Shown: positions 27,743 to 38,800, numbered from the stretch's first letter. The stretch: 64,000 nt of DNA from an uncultured Chloroflexia bacterium (GCA_963743815.1 CAVURB010000002.1:9008-73007); one strand, 5' to 3'. Translations and numbers: made by a program. The notes: generated by a model not told the origin, from the sequence alone.

Positions 27743-28740
27743 CCGTCCCGACCGGCGCCGACGTGGTCCCGGGTCGCGTCACCGCCACCGCAACCTATCG
27801 ACCTGCGCGACCGGACGAGCTCGCCCCCTGTGCCGATATCTGGCGCGCGAGCATCAACGACTACATCCTGCCGCTGGGCCAGATGGAGATCCCGCCCGAG
27901 CAGGCCCCGCTGCTGCGCCTCTACGCGCACCTCCAGGCGACCGATCCGGACCGATTCGTGGTGGCGGTCGTGCCCGACGCGGGCGCGGACGGCGCCGAGC
28001 GGATCGTGGGGTTCGCCGCCGCCGTCATGCGCGAGCGGCTCTGGTTCCTCTCGATGTGCTTCGTCCTGCCGGAGATGCAGGGGGCCGGCATCGGTCGTGC
28101 GCTCCTCGCCCAGGTCGCTCCGCCTGCGGCCCCCGAGATCGTCCGCTCCACGGCGACCGACAGCGCACAACCGATCTCGAACGCGCTCTACGCCTCGCTC
28201 GGGATCGTCCCGAGGCTCCCGCTGCTCAACCTCATCGGCCATCCGATGCACCCGGACGCCTTCGGCCCCTTGCCGTCCGGGATCCGACCCGTGTCATTCG
28301 AGGAACGCGCCGGCGCCGGCGGTGGCGGTGGTAGTGGACACGCCGAGCTGGCGGCGACCGTTGACGCCCTCGACCGGGAACTGCTGGGTGTCGCGCACCC
28401 GCTCGACCATCGGTACCTGCGCCAGGAGGGCCGGCGCGGCTGGCTCTACCTCGGTCCCGACGGCACCGCGGTCGGGTACGGCTATGCGACCGAAGCGGGT
28501 CGCGTCGGTCCGGTGGCCGCGCTCGACGCGGACCTGCTCGCCCCCATCCTGGGGCACCTCACGGACGTCGTGACCCCGCGCGGCGCGTTCGCGATGTGGC
28601 TCCCCGGATCTGCCGATCGAGCCGTCGTGGCGGCCTTGGCAGCCGGCTTCCGGCTGGACCAGTTCCCCATCCTGCTCTGCTGGGATCGGCCGTTCGCCGA
28701 CCTGACGCGCTATCTGCCCATCTCACCCGGACTGCTCTAG
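27739..28740 (+). CDS. GNAT family N-acetyltransferase (tandem GNAT)
   Basis: YRPARPDEL, FVLPEMQGAGIGRALL, LYASLG, GRVGPVAA. Confidence 0.85.
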   Translation: MTVPTGADVVPGRVTATATYRPARPDELAPCADIWRASINDYILPLGQMEIPPEQAPLLRLYAHLQATDPDRFVVAVVPDAGADGAERIVGFAAAVMRERLWFLSMCFVLPEMQGAGIGRALLAQVAPPAAPEIVRSTATDSAQPISNALYASLGIVPRLPLLNLIGHPMHPDAFGPLPSGIRPVSFEERAGAGGGGGSGHAELAATVDALDRELLGVAHPLDHRYLRQEGRRGWLYLGPDGTAVGYGYATEAGRVGPVAALDADLLAPILGHLTDVVTPRGAFAMWLPGSADRAVVAALAAGFRLDQFPILLCWDRPFADLTRYLPISPGLL

Positions 28741-28791
28741 ACCCATCCGGACCGGACCATCGTCCGGGGTCCCATACGCCGCTCGTCCCGT

Positions 28792-28820
28792 TTGGCAGAA
28801 GCCCGGGGCGGTGGTAGCCT
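28792..28820 (+). promoter_or_regulatory. ftsEX promoter
   Basis: TTGGCA-N17-TAGCCT with extended TG. Confidence 0.55.
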
Positions 28821-28830
28821 CGGGTCCGAC

Positions 28831-29701
28831 GTGGCTCCCCCAGCCGTGCCCGCGGACGGAGCTCGAACGACCGGAGTCGGTGGCGACCGTCGTCGCCTCG
28901 ATGACTCCCCCGCGGAGTGGCCAGTGACCATCGCCCCCGCGCCGTCGCCGGCGCGCTCCCTTCGACGCCGCCTCCTGGATCGCGGTCGCGACCAGGCCGG
29001 GCAGGAACGCGCCGTCCTCGTGCTGCATGACGTCACCAAGCAGTACCCCAACGGGAAGATCGCACTGCGCGACGTGGACCTGGTCATCCCCGAGGGCGAC
29101 TTCGTGTTCCTCGTCGGGCCGTCCGGTGCCGGCAAGTCCACGCTCATCAAGCTGCTCATCCGCGACGAGATCGCGACACGCGGCGACGTCGTGCTGGACG
29201 GCCAGGACCTGGCCCGGCTACCCCGCCGCCAGGTCCCGCGGATGCGCCGCAAGATCGGGATCATCTTCCAGGACTTCAAGCTGTTGCCGACCAAGACCGT
29301 ATGGGAGAACGTGGCGTTCGCCCTGGAGGTGACCGGTCATCCGCGCCGCCAGATCCGTCCCGCGGTCGATCGGGTGCTCGCGATCGTCGGCCTCACGGCG
29401 CAGGCGAAGCAGATCCCCTCGCAGCTTTCGGGCGGCGAGCAGCAGCGGACCGCCATCGCCCGGGCGCTCGTCCACGATCCGCGGCTGATCATCGCGGACG
29501 AACCGACCGGGCAACCTGGATCCGCTCATCAGCTGGGAGATCCTGCAGCTGCTGCTGCGCATCAACGAGCTGGGCGTCACGGTCCTGATGGCGACCCACA
29601 ACGCGGATGTCGTGACCGCCCTGCGCCGGCGCGTGGTCGCCCTCGAGGAGGGCCGGATCATCCGCGACGAGGTCGGTGGCGCCTACCACCGCGAGGATTG
29701 A
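28831..29701 (+). CDS. ftsE: Cell-division ABC ATPase FtsE; N-terminal extension or uncertain start; frameshift near 29510
   Basis: [35 protein letters not shown]; precedes ftsX. Confidence 0.93.
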
Positions 29702-29705
29702 CGCG

Positions 29706-30591
29706 GTGATCACGTTCGTCGTCTTCAGCATCCGGCGGGCCTGGCAGGGCTTCTGGCGCAACGCGGTCATGAGCCTCGCCGCGACCGCGACGATGGTCCT
29801 GATGCTCCTCCTGCTCGCCGGGTTCTGGATCATCCAGACCGGACTGCTGGCCGGCCTGGAGTTCACGGAGCAGAAGGTCGAGGTCGTCGCGTACCTGCAG
29901 CCCAACGCGACCGAGAGTCAGGTCGAAGCGCTCCAGCGCGATCTCGAGGCCATGCCCGAGGTCCAGGAGGTGGTCTACGTCACGCGGGACGACGCGCTCG
30001 TGCGCTTCCGCGAATCGATGGAGGCGCAAGGTCGTGAGGACCTCACCCAGTACCTCGAGAGCAACCCGCTCTTCGCCAGCCTCGAGGTCAAGTTCGTCGA
30101 ACCGACCGGGATCGCGGTGGTCAGCGACGTCCTGCAGGCGGACGGGGCGGTCCGCAACGTCATCAACATCGAGGACCTCGTGGACCGGGTGCTCACCGTC
30201 ACGAACGTCCTGCGGACCGCCGGCACGGTCCTGTTGATCATCGTCGGGGTCATCTGCCCTGTTCATCATCGTCAACACGATCCGCCTCGCCGTCTTCGCG
30301 CGAGCCGAGGAGATCGAGATCATGCGGCTCGTCGGCGCGTCCGACGCGTTCATCCGTTGGCCGTTCGTGTTCGAGGGCGCCTTCGTCGGCTTCCTGGGTG
30401 CCGCGATCACGCTGGCCGTGCTGGCCGCCGCGGCAGAGCCGCTGAGCGGCTTCATGGTCGAGTTCTTCCGGATCCTCCCGCTCGAGGTCGGGTCGCTCAC
30501 GCGTGACCTCGTCGCGCTGGTGATGGGCGCCGGGGTGGGGCTCGGGATCGTCGGTTCCTGGGTATCGGTCCGGACCTACCTGATCCGCTAG
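29706..30591 (+). CDS. ftsX: Cell-division permease FtsX; frameshift near 30255
   Basis: FWRNAVMS, EEIEIMRLVGASDAFIRWPFVFEG. Confidence 0.93.
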
Positions 30592-30605
30592 CGAGCGGCG
30601 ATCGC

Positions 30606-32020
30606 GTGGACGGCTCCGACGAAGGACTCGATGTACCCTTGGCGCCCGCCACCGAGGAACCCCATCGCGTGATCGAGCCGCCCGCGATCCGACCAGCCGC
30701 CCCCGAGCCGCCGCGGTCCCGGTCGCACCGGTCGCGCCGGCCACCGCCACGACGCCGGGTCGTCGCGTGCCCATCCTGCCGATCTCGATCGCGCTCGTCG
30801 CCCTGCTCGCGGGTGGCGCCCTGTTCATGTCGGGCTACTCGATGGGTCGCCAGACCGCCGCCGAACCCGGCACGCCGGTCAGCGACGAGGAGGCGTTCCG
30901 GCCGTTCTGGGACACGTATCACACCATCAACGAGCGCTACGCCGGTGGCGAGGTGGATCGCGACGCGCTCGTCCAGGGGGCCATCCGCGGGATGATCGAG
31001 TCGCTGGAGGACCCGTACTCGTCCTACCTCACCTCCGACGAGTACCGCGAGAGCCTCCAGGGCATCAGCGGCGAGTTCGAGGGCATCGGCGCGGAGATCG
31101 CGACGGAGGCATCCGACGGCACGCAGGGGTGCGCGACGCTGGGCGCGGATTGCCGGCTCGTCATCGTCGCGCCGCTCGATGGGTCGCCGGCCGAGGCGGG
31201 CGGCCTGCTGGCCGGCGACCTGATCCTCGCCGTGGACGGGGTCCCGCTGGACGGCCTCGAGCGTGGACGGCGCGCGCGATCGGATCCGCGGGCCCAAGGG
31301 GTCGGTCGTCGTGCTCACGGTCCAGCGCGACGACGACGAGCCGTTCGCCGTCGAACTCACCCGCGATGTCATCCGCTCGCAGGAGGTCGAGTCCGAGACC
31401 TACGCGGACGGCGATGTCGGCTACGTCCGGTTGAACGGCTTCTCCGACCGCGGCGCCATCGACCTGGAAACGGCGGTGCAGGCGCACGTGGATGCCGGCC
31501 GAACGCAAGCTCATCCTGGACCTGCGCGGCAACCCCGGCGGGTACGTGACGGCCGCGCGCGACGTGGCCAGCGAGTTCATCGCCACGGGCCCGGTGTTCT
31601 GGGAGGAGGAGGCGGACGGCGTGCAGGTCCCGACCGACGCGGTGCCCGGCGGGGTCGCGACCGACCCAGCCATCACCGTCGTGTGCCTGATCGACGGCGG
31701 CAGCGCGTCGGCGAGCGAGATCGTCGCGGGCGCCCTGCAGGACACGGGCCGGGCCGACGCTCGTCGGGACGACGTCCTTCGGCAAGGGGACCGTCCAGCA
31801 GTGGCAGGAGCTCACGGGTGAGGGCGGGGCGTTCCGCCTGACGATCGCGAAGTGGCTGACCCCGGATCGCCGCTGGATCAACGACGTGGGGATCGAACCC
31901 GATGTCGTCGTGACGATCCCCGACGATGTCGCGGCCGGGGACGACCCGATCCTGGAGCGCGCCCTGGAGGTGCTCGCGGGCGAGGCCGGCGTCGGCACGC
32001 TGGAGCAGGTCGCGGCCTGA
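30606..32020 (+). CDS. S41 C-terminal processing peptidase with PDZ domain; frameshifts, start uncertain
   Basis: LEDPYSSYL, FEGIG, SPAEAGGL..GD, LDLRGNPGG, SASASEIVAGALQD, TIAKWLTP. Confidence 0.9.
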
Positions 32021-32194
32021 CGCTCCGCGATCGGTCGCCGGGGAGCCGCCGAGCGCGGGGAACGGCTCCGAAACCCTCCGCGGCGATCCGTTCCGTTGCC
32101 CGGGCGGCATGGGCAGCAAGTCGTTGCTGTCAGCGCATGGGTCGGCGGAGCGCAACCGCCGCGCCCGCGCGGTTACGGTCCCCCTCACAAGTCC

Positions 32195-32223
32195 TTGCGC
32201 TCGGTCGCGGCATCGCATAAGGT
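32195..32223 (+). promoter_or_regulatory. Sigma70-type promoter of a short transcript upstream of smpB
   Basis: TTGCGC-N17-TAAGGT. Confidence 0.55.
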
Positions 32224-32251
32224 GACGCGGAACGAAAGGAGGTGATGTGCA

Positions 32252-32302
32252 GTGATCGACAGTACGCGTAGCTGCACCACCTCGCAGGAGATGCCCGTCT
32301 AG
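32252..32302 (+). CDS. Putative 16-aa peptide MIDSTRSCTTSQEMPV
   Basis: GAAAGGAGGTGAT Shine-Dalgarno at 32234-32246; GTG start 9 nt after GGAGG; TAG at 32300. Confidence 0.5.
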   Translation: MIDSTRSCTTSQEMPV

Positions 32303-32331
32303 TCGGACACCCCTGTGGGTGGTAAGCAACT

Positions 32332-32361
32332 CGAACGCCGGCCCGCACGGGCCGGCGTTCG
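32332..32361 (+). terminator. Perfect 13-bp hairpin between the small ORF and smpB
   Basis: CGAACGCCGGCCC gcac GGGCCGGCGTTCG; weak U-tract. Confidence 0.65.
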
Positions 32362-32438
32362 TGCGCCACGACCCCAGCGCCCCGATCCGGTGCCATCGGA
32401 CGTGGGCACGATCCGACGAACGACCAAGGAGCCATCCC

Positions 32439-32903
32439 ATGCGCGACGATTCGACCGTCGCCGTCAATCGAAGAGCCCGCCACGAGTTCACGATCGACGA
32501 CACGTTCGAGGCTGGGCTCGTGCTGACCGGCACGGAGATCAAGTCGATCCGTGCCGGCAAGGCGAACATCGCCAACGCCTACGCGCGCATCGAGCGCGGT
32601 GAGGCGTGGCTGATCGGCGCGGACATCGCACCGTTCGAGCAGGGCAATCGATACAACCACGACCCCAAGCGGACGCGGAAGCTGCTCCTGCATCGCAAGC
32701 AGATCGACGAACTCCTGGGCCGTGCCAAGGCCAAGGGCCAGACGATCGTCCCGTTGCGGCTGTACATCACGCGCGGCAAGGCGAAGGTGGAACTCGGCCT
32801 CGCGCGCGGCAAGCAGCTGCATGACAAGCGACGCGACATCGCCGACCGTGATGCCAAGCGGGACATCGCACGGCAGATGGCGGATACCCAGCGCGGTCGG
32901 TAG
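32439..32903 (+). CDS. smpB: SsrA-binding protein SmpB
   Basis: NRRARHEF, EAGLVLTGTEIKSIR, RKLLLHRKQI, GKQLHDKR. Confidence 0.98.
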   Translation: MRDDSTVAVNRRARHEFTIDDTFEAGLVLTGTEIKSIRAGKANIANAYARIERGEAWLIGADIAPFEQGNRYNHDPKRTRKLLLHRKQIDELLGRAKAKGQTIVPLRLYITRGKAKVELGLARGKQLHDKRRDIADRDAKRDIARQMADTQRGR

Positions 32904-32925
32904 AGCGCATTCGCGCCGTCGCTGG

Positions 32926-34597
32926 CTAGCGGAGCAGGTACCGACGGCTGAGCGGGACCTCCGCGACCGGTTCGATCTTCAGCGGACGTCCATCGAGCGA
33001 GACCCGACCGTCGCACGACGTCCACATCGATGGCTGGGGCAGACCGGTTGAGCGCCAGATCCGACCTCGTGAGCCCGCGCGTCCCACGAACGCCGATGAC
33101 CGATCGCCCGTGCGCCGCGAAACCCGGCGACCGCGCCGCCGCGACCGACGCCGAGACGAACACCGCCGAGAGCGATGCGGCCGCGCCCCCGGATCCCCCC
33201 CAATCGGCGCGATAGCGGGTCGGCTCCGCGCCTTCGACCGTGGCGTTGCCCTCGCCGAGGGGGCCCCACGCGGGTACCCCGCCCTTGAAGACGAGCGCCG
33301 GCTTGACGCCGAAGTAGGCGGGCTCCCAAAGCACGATGTCGGCCAGGCGGCCGGCCTGCAGCGACCCGACGTGGTCAGCGATGCCGTGCGTGATCGCCGG
33401 CTCGATCGTGACCTTGGCGAGGTAGCGCAGGACCCGTTCGGTCGCGTCGTACGGATCGTTCGACGTGGCCGTCCCCTCCCAGCTCGACATCACGTGCGCC
33501 AGCTGGAACGTCCGACGGACGGTCTCCATCATCCGGCCCATCCCCTGCGAGTCCGAGTTGACGATCGCGATGGCGCCCAGTTCGTGCAGCGGGCCCTCGG
33601 CGGCCATCGTGGCGGCGTGGACCCGCTCCTCGACCAGGGCCAGGTCCTCCGCCACGCCGAACGACGCGCCGTGGTTGAGGATGATCATCGGGACCTGTTC
33701 GGCCACGGCGTTCACGCCGAACGGCACGGTCGGGGTCGTCGAGGAACAGATGATGTTGGGCTCGCGGACCAGCCCGATGGCATCGGGGACGTGCCCGCCG
33801 CCGCTTCCCTCCACGTGATAGGCGTGGACCGTCCGTCCGTCGATCGCGGCGACGGTGTCCTCGAGTTCGGCGCTCTCGTGGAGGCCGTCGGTATGGAGCG
33901 AGACCGATACGTCGTGCTCGTCGGCGAACCGCAGCGTGTGGTCGATCAACCCGGGATCCGCGCCGTAGTCCTCGTGGATCTTGAACCCGCAGGCCCCGGC
34001 CTCCAGCAGGCGGGCGAGCGACCCGTCGTCCTCCGCGCGGGCGCAGGCCTGCAGGCCGATGTTCAGGGGCCAGTCGGCGGTCGCGGCGAACGTCCGCTCC
34101 ATCGCCCAGGGCGGTTCCTCGAATCCGGCGGTGATCAACGTCGTCACCCCGCCCGACAGCGCGGCGGGCAGCAGGCCCGGTGAGATGAGGTGGACGTGGC
34201 TGTCGACCGCCCCCGGCGTCGCGATCAGCCCGTACCCCATGAACGGCTCGGTGTGCGGTCCGATGGGCAGCTCGATCCCGTCGCTGATCTGCTCGTTGCC
34301 GGCCCGACCGACCCCCACGATCCGCCCGTCCTTGATCCCGATATCGGCCTTGATGGCACCGAGCAGCGGGTCCAGCACGAGGACACCCGCGATGACGGCG
34401 TCGAGTTCCGAGGCCGACGACCCACCCTGGGTCGAGCGGGGCCGCAGCGTCTTCGCATAACCCCAGATCGGCTCGTCGCCGGGGGCCTGCCGGTCCTCCG
34501 CGACACGGATCCACAGGTCGGTGTCGCCCAGGCGGACGCGGTCGCCCGTCGTGGGGCCGTAGCGGGCGAGCGACTCCTCGGGGGAGAGTCGGGTCAT
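32926..34597 (-). CDS. ureC: Urease alpha-subunit homolog (divergent); frameshift near 33025
   Basis: YGPTTGDRVRLGDTDL, DSHVH, GFKIHEDYG, HTD, HVEGSGGGHVPD, SDSQGMGR. Confidence 0.88.
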
Positions 34598-35206
34598 CGG
34601 GACGGGCCCCGGTCGTCGTCCCCGCCGGCGCCGCCGTAGCGCACCAGCCGGACGGTCCGCGTTTCGCCGGGCGACCATCGCTCGGTGGAGCCGGCCGGCA
34701 GGTCCAGGTGGCGGCCACGCGCGGCATCGCGATCGAAGACGAGGCGCTCGTTCACGCGATGGAACGGATGGTGTGACGAGACGCGGACGACGCGGGCGGA
34801 CGTACTCGTCACTTCGAGATCGACCCTGTCGCCCGGGTCCTCGTCGATCGCGCCCGACGTCTCCGGTGGGGCGACGGACCGTTCCCGGGTCATCGTCGCC
34901 CGGTGGTCCGAGCGGCTCCAGGAGCACGACGAGCCGGACCCCGTCGTCCATGAGCACCTCCAGCCGGACATCGCCGACCAGGGCAGCCACCCCGGGGAGC
35001 ACCTGGTCAACGGTGACAGCGCCGCGACCGGCCGCTTCCACCTCGGCGTAGCTCACGCCGGCCCGGGCCGCCTCCAGCATCGCGTCGCAGATGAGTGCGA
35101 CGGCCTCCGGGGCGTTGAGGAGCAGTCCGCGGTCACGATGTCGCCGGGCGAGCTCCGCGGCCGTGAAGATGAGGAGTCGTTCCTCCTCCCACGCGGTCAG
35201 CCGCAT
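34594..35206 (-). CDS. ureAB: Fused urease gamma-beta subunit; one frameshift near 34855
   Basis: MRLTAWEEERLL..LNAPEAVALI gamma domain, then SSHHPFHRVNERLVFDRDAARGRHLDLPAG..PGE beta domain; no stop or separate N-terminus between them. Confidence 0.8.
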
Positions 35207-35218
35207 CGGATGTCGCGA

Positions 35219-36111
35219 TCAGCGCCGCGCGAGCCAGATGACGAGGCCGTTCAGGGTCGCGATGTAGGCGACGAGGAGGAGCAGGATGATGGTCAGGATC
35301 CACAGGTACCCATCCAGGCGGGCGTTGGCCTGGTCGAGGCGGACCTGCGCCTCGTCCAGTCGCGTCTGGATACGACCGCCGAGATCGGCGACCCCATCGA
35401 TCGCTCCCCGCAGGTTGGTCGCACCCTCGACGATCCGCTCCACGGCGATGCCCGCGACACCAGCCTCGCGGAGCCGGCTCACGTTGTCGTCGAACTGCTG
35501 GAGCCTGGCGTCAAGGGCGGCCAGTTCCTCGGTCGGCAGCGTGGGCAGGTCGATGAACGGGACGAGGCTGGCGACCTGGCGGACGGTCTCGAGGCCCGAC
35601 TCGACGCGCGCCCGCAACTCGGCGAACTGGTTTCGGACCGCGTCGTAGCGATCGGCGATGGTCGCCGCTCGAGCGGCGAGTGCGGGCGGGATGTTGGCAC
35701 CCGGCATGATCGCCGACATATTCGCGATGAAGTCGTCGATGTCGGTGACGCGCTCCTGGACGCGGTCGGTCGCCAGTTCCACGATCGTCGAGCCTCGCTC
35801 GATCTGCCGATCGGCGGACTCGAACACGCCGCCGATGGAGTCGGAGATCCAGCCGTGGACGAGGAGGATCCCGATGGCGAGCACGGCGCAGACCACGAGC
35901 CCGACCACGCCCAGCGACCTGGGCCGCCGCGCGGGTCTTGCGCCGACCGCGCTCCGGTGCCGGCACGGCCGGGCCGCGGCGTCATCCGCGGCGTCTGCCG
36001 TCGGCGTCTTCCGCGGCGGCGGCCGTCGACTTCGGGGTCGGCGAGGGGCGCCTCCGCGTCCGATCCCGTCGCGTCGTTCACCTCCGGGTTCGGTCCTTTA
36101 TCGGTCGTCAT
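35219..36111 (-). CDS. Hypothetical membrane protein: two TM segments flanking a helical/coiled-coil domain; frameshift near 35950
   Basis: VGLVVCAVLAIGILLV and YLWILTIILLLLVAYIATLNGLVIW; ends 13 nt before ureAB. Confidence 0.7.
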
Positions 36112-36152
36112 CACTCAGCCCTCGTACCCTGCGCCTGCATTGCCCGCCAAGC

Positions 36153-37404
36153 CTAGCGGTGCGCGGCGATGACCGTTCGTCGCGCAGGGACGGGCGCGAG
36201 CTCCCAGGCTCGCGTCTCCACCGGGACACCCGGACGGGCACGGAAGAACAGGATCGACCCCGACCCCGGACACGGCGGCACAGAGCAGCAGACCGGCCGT
36301 CACGTCCACGATCCCGGCCTGGAGGAGGGCGCTCATCGAGAACGCGGCCACGATGCCGCGGGCCCCGGTGATCGCATTCCAGCCGGCCATCGCGGCCGCA
36401 CGCGAAGCCAGGGTCGTCTGCTCGGAGATGACGGAGGCGATCCCGACATCGATGGACGCGCCAGCGACGCCGCCCGCGAGTGCGGCGATCCACAGGACCG
36501 CGAACTCGGGCGCGACCGCATAGGCCAGCAACGAGGTCAGGCCCAGCAGGCTCCCCACGCGCATCGCGACCAGGGCACCCCAGCGATCGGTGACCGCCCC
36601 CCAGGCGAGGAACGCGACCGTCGTCGCGACGGCAGCGAGCAGGCCCAGGACGCCGACGTCGGCGAGCGTCAGGTCAAGTCGATCGACGTGGACCAGCGCG
36701 AAGAGCGGCGCGGCCGCGATGAGGCCCCCACCGTAGAACCCCTGCGCCATGGCGACGCGGGCCAGCGTGGGGCGTTCGCGGAGAGCGCGGATGGACCCGC
36801 GCGCCGAGAACGGCGGCGGCGCTGCAGCAGATGGCGCTCGGAGTCCGGCGAACCCGATCGCCGCCACCAATCCCACGATGCCGGCCAGGGCGACGGCGGT
36901 CTCGCCACCGAGCCGATCGGCCACGATCCCCCCGATCAGGACGGCGACCGCACCGGCTGCGGCTCGACCCATCCCCAGCACGCCGACGATGCGCCCCCGA
37001 AGACGCGACGGGTACATCGCGCCCCACAGGCGCAGGTGGAACGGGCCACCGAGCGACAGGCTGAGCCAGAAGACGATCGCCACGGCGACCATGACCGCGG
37101 GTGTCGGGAACAGGACCAGCAGGATGAGCGTGGCTGCCCCGCCGCCGCGCATCAGCGCCAGCCCGAACGGGGATCGGGGGCCAACGCGACCCGCGAACAT
37201 CCCGAGCAGGTTGGCGATGAACGGCGCCGAGGCGAGGGCCGCCAGACCGATGGGCTCGAGGCCACCGCGGCGGGCGATCGTGGGAAGGAGGGCGCCGACC
37301 AGGGCCATGGTCACCCCGATCCCGACGGCAGCGACCAGGTCGAGGGCGAGGTTGCGCCCGACCGCGCGCCGATTCGGAGATGGTTGGAGTGACGGCCGGA
37401 GCAC
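36153..37404 (-). CDS. MFS transporter; frameshift near the C-terminus
   Basis: About 12 hydrophobic segments; LWGAMYPSRLRGRIVG, WGAVTDRWG motif A-like. Confidence 0.85.
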
Positions 37405-37548
37405 AGGTACCTCGTAACAGCCCTGCGGCCTGCGAGGTGAGCTGTCGGGCTCGGCGTGGGTCCGCCGTCGCGGTGGGTCCGCGATTCGCCCCGGAAGGTG
37501 GGTCCCCCGTCCTCGGATGAGGAGGTTCGGCCACGGACAACGATACCA

Positions 37549-37588
37549 GCCCCGGACGGGATCGGCCGATGGGCCGTCCGTCCGGGGC
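37549..37588 (-). terminator. Hairpin downstream of the lipoprotein gene
   Basis: GCCCCGGACGG...CCGTCCGGGGC 11-bp stem with an internal GGCC pair. Confidence 0.5.
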
Positions 37589-37600
37589 CGGGAAGTACGG

Positions 37601-38197
37601 TCAGCCCGGGGTGTCGAGCCCGTCCTGGAGGATCGCCTCGACCCGATCGGCGGAGACCGGAGCATCGAACGTCAGCTCCAGGATCCGGTCGAAGGCCATC
37701 GCATCGGTCGCTTCCGTGGGCTCCGGCTGCACGAGGACGAACCGAAGGCCGGTCGTGGTCTCGTCGATGAAGAGCGCGAGGTCGCTGTCGATCGGGAAGT
37801 CGACCCACGTCAGGCGAAGCGTTCGGTCATCGACGTTCTCGACGACGAGGGCGTACGGCTCCACCGACGCGCCGTCACCGGGCGTCCCGGAGACGGCATC
37901 GACGACGCTGCCGGTGTGGTCGACGATGTCGACCTCGACGTCGGCGCCGGTAGCATTCTCGAGGTCGACGGTCATCGGCATGGCGTCGCCGCCACCGTCC
38001 GACGGCGTGGCGATCGGCGTGGCGATCGGCGTGGCGGTCGGCGCGATGGGCGTCGGGGCCGGTTGGCCAGTCGGCGACGGGTCTGCCGCGACGGCCGAGC
38101 TGCAGGCAACCAGGACAAAGGCGGAGACGGCGAAGACAAGGCCCAGACCGGCGCTCGTGCGTCGCGTCCGGCGGGGTCGTGGCGAATGGGTGGTCAT
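37601..38197 (-). CDS. Putative lipoprotein with a Pro/Thr-rich linker
   Basis: Basic N-region, hydrophobic core, lipobox LVAC, PIAT repeats; GAAGGA SD. Confidence 0.78.
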   Translation of the reverse strand: MTTHSPRPRRTRRTSAGLGLVFAVSAFVLVACSSAVAADPSPTGQPAPTPIAPTATPIATPIATPSDGGGDAMPMTVDLENATGADVEVDIVDHTGSVVDAVSGTPGDGASVEPYALVVENVDDRTLRLTWVDFPIDSDLALFIDETTTGLRFVLVQPEPTEATDAMAFDRILELTFDAPVSADRVEAILQDGLDTPG

Positions 38198-38424
38198 CGT
38201 GTGCATCCTTCGGGTGATCCGTTCCAGCGAGCGTTCCGGCACGTGCTGTGTGGTGTTCGCTCGCAAGGGATGGGGGCGATCGGCCATGACTTCTTCAAGG
38301 ATCGAGGGCGCAGCAGCGCGATCGAGTACCTCCGTCCACGCCGCCCGCGACGGATGACGTAGACGCCCCTTCTTCGGAGGTCGTGGTAGCATCTGGAGGA
38401 AACCGAACCGACGTTCGGTCCTGT

Positions 38425-38800
38425 GGGGATGCGTGGTTTCGACAGGGCTTGGCTGTCGGGGAGTGCGAGCCGGGGATGCTGCTCAGGCCCCGTCAACAAG
38501 GCAGCAAAACGAAGTACCTGGCAACCGCCAGTCGACTCTCGCCCTCGCTGCTTAGGCAGTAAGGTGAGCGTGGAAGCTACCTCCGCTTCGCGGGTAGTGG
38601 AAGCGTCATGCAGCGAAGCTGCGATCCGGATGAGCGTCGCGTAGTCCGGAGTCAAGCCCGATCTAGGGGCACGTGACTGGACCGCCCGACAGGGTGCCGA
38701 TGTTCGTTCGGGCGGTCGACGACAAACCATCGGACACGCTCGTAGTGGTCCCCGGCGAAGGGTTCTGGACGGGGAGTTCGACTCTCCCCCATCTCCACCA
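38425..38800 (+). ncRNA. ssrA: tmRNA; tag peptide (A)GNRQSTLALAA
   Basis: 5' GGGGATGCGTGGTTTCGAC, 3' GAGTTCGACTCTCCCCCATCTCCACCA; tag ORF at 38520-38555; TGgTAGCAT -10 at 38384-38392. Confidence 0.96.

Noticed and set aside
32579-35206. 875-aa ORF suggesting a single-chain gamma-alpha (plant-like) urease
   Set aside because: The beta domain is in another frame with its own stop overlapping the ureC ATG. One indel near 34855 explains the read-through, and another near 33025 explains the false C-terminus.
37990-38050. 12-bp tandem repeat GGCGTGGCGATC
   Set aside because: It simply encodes the PIAT linker of the lipoprotein.
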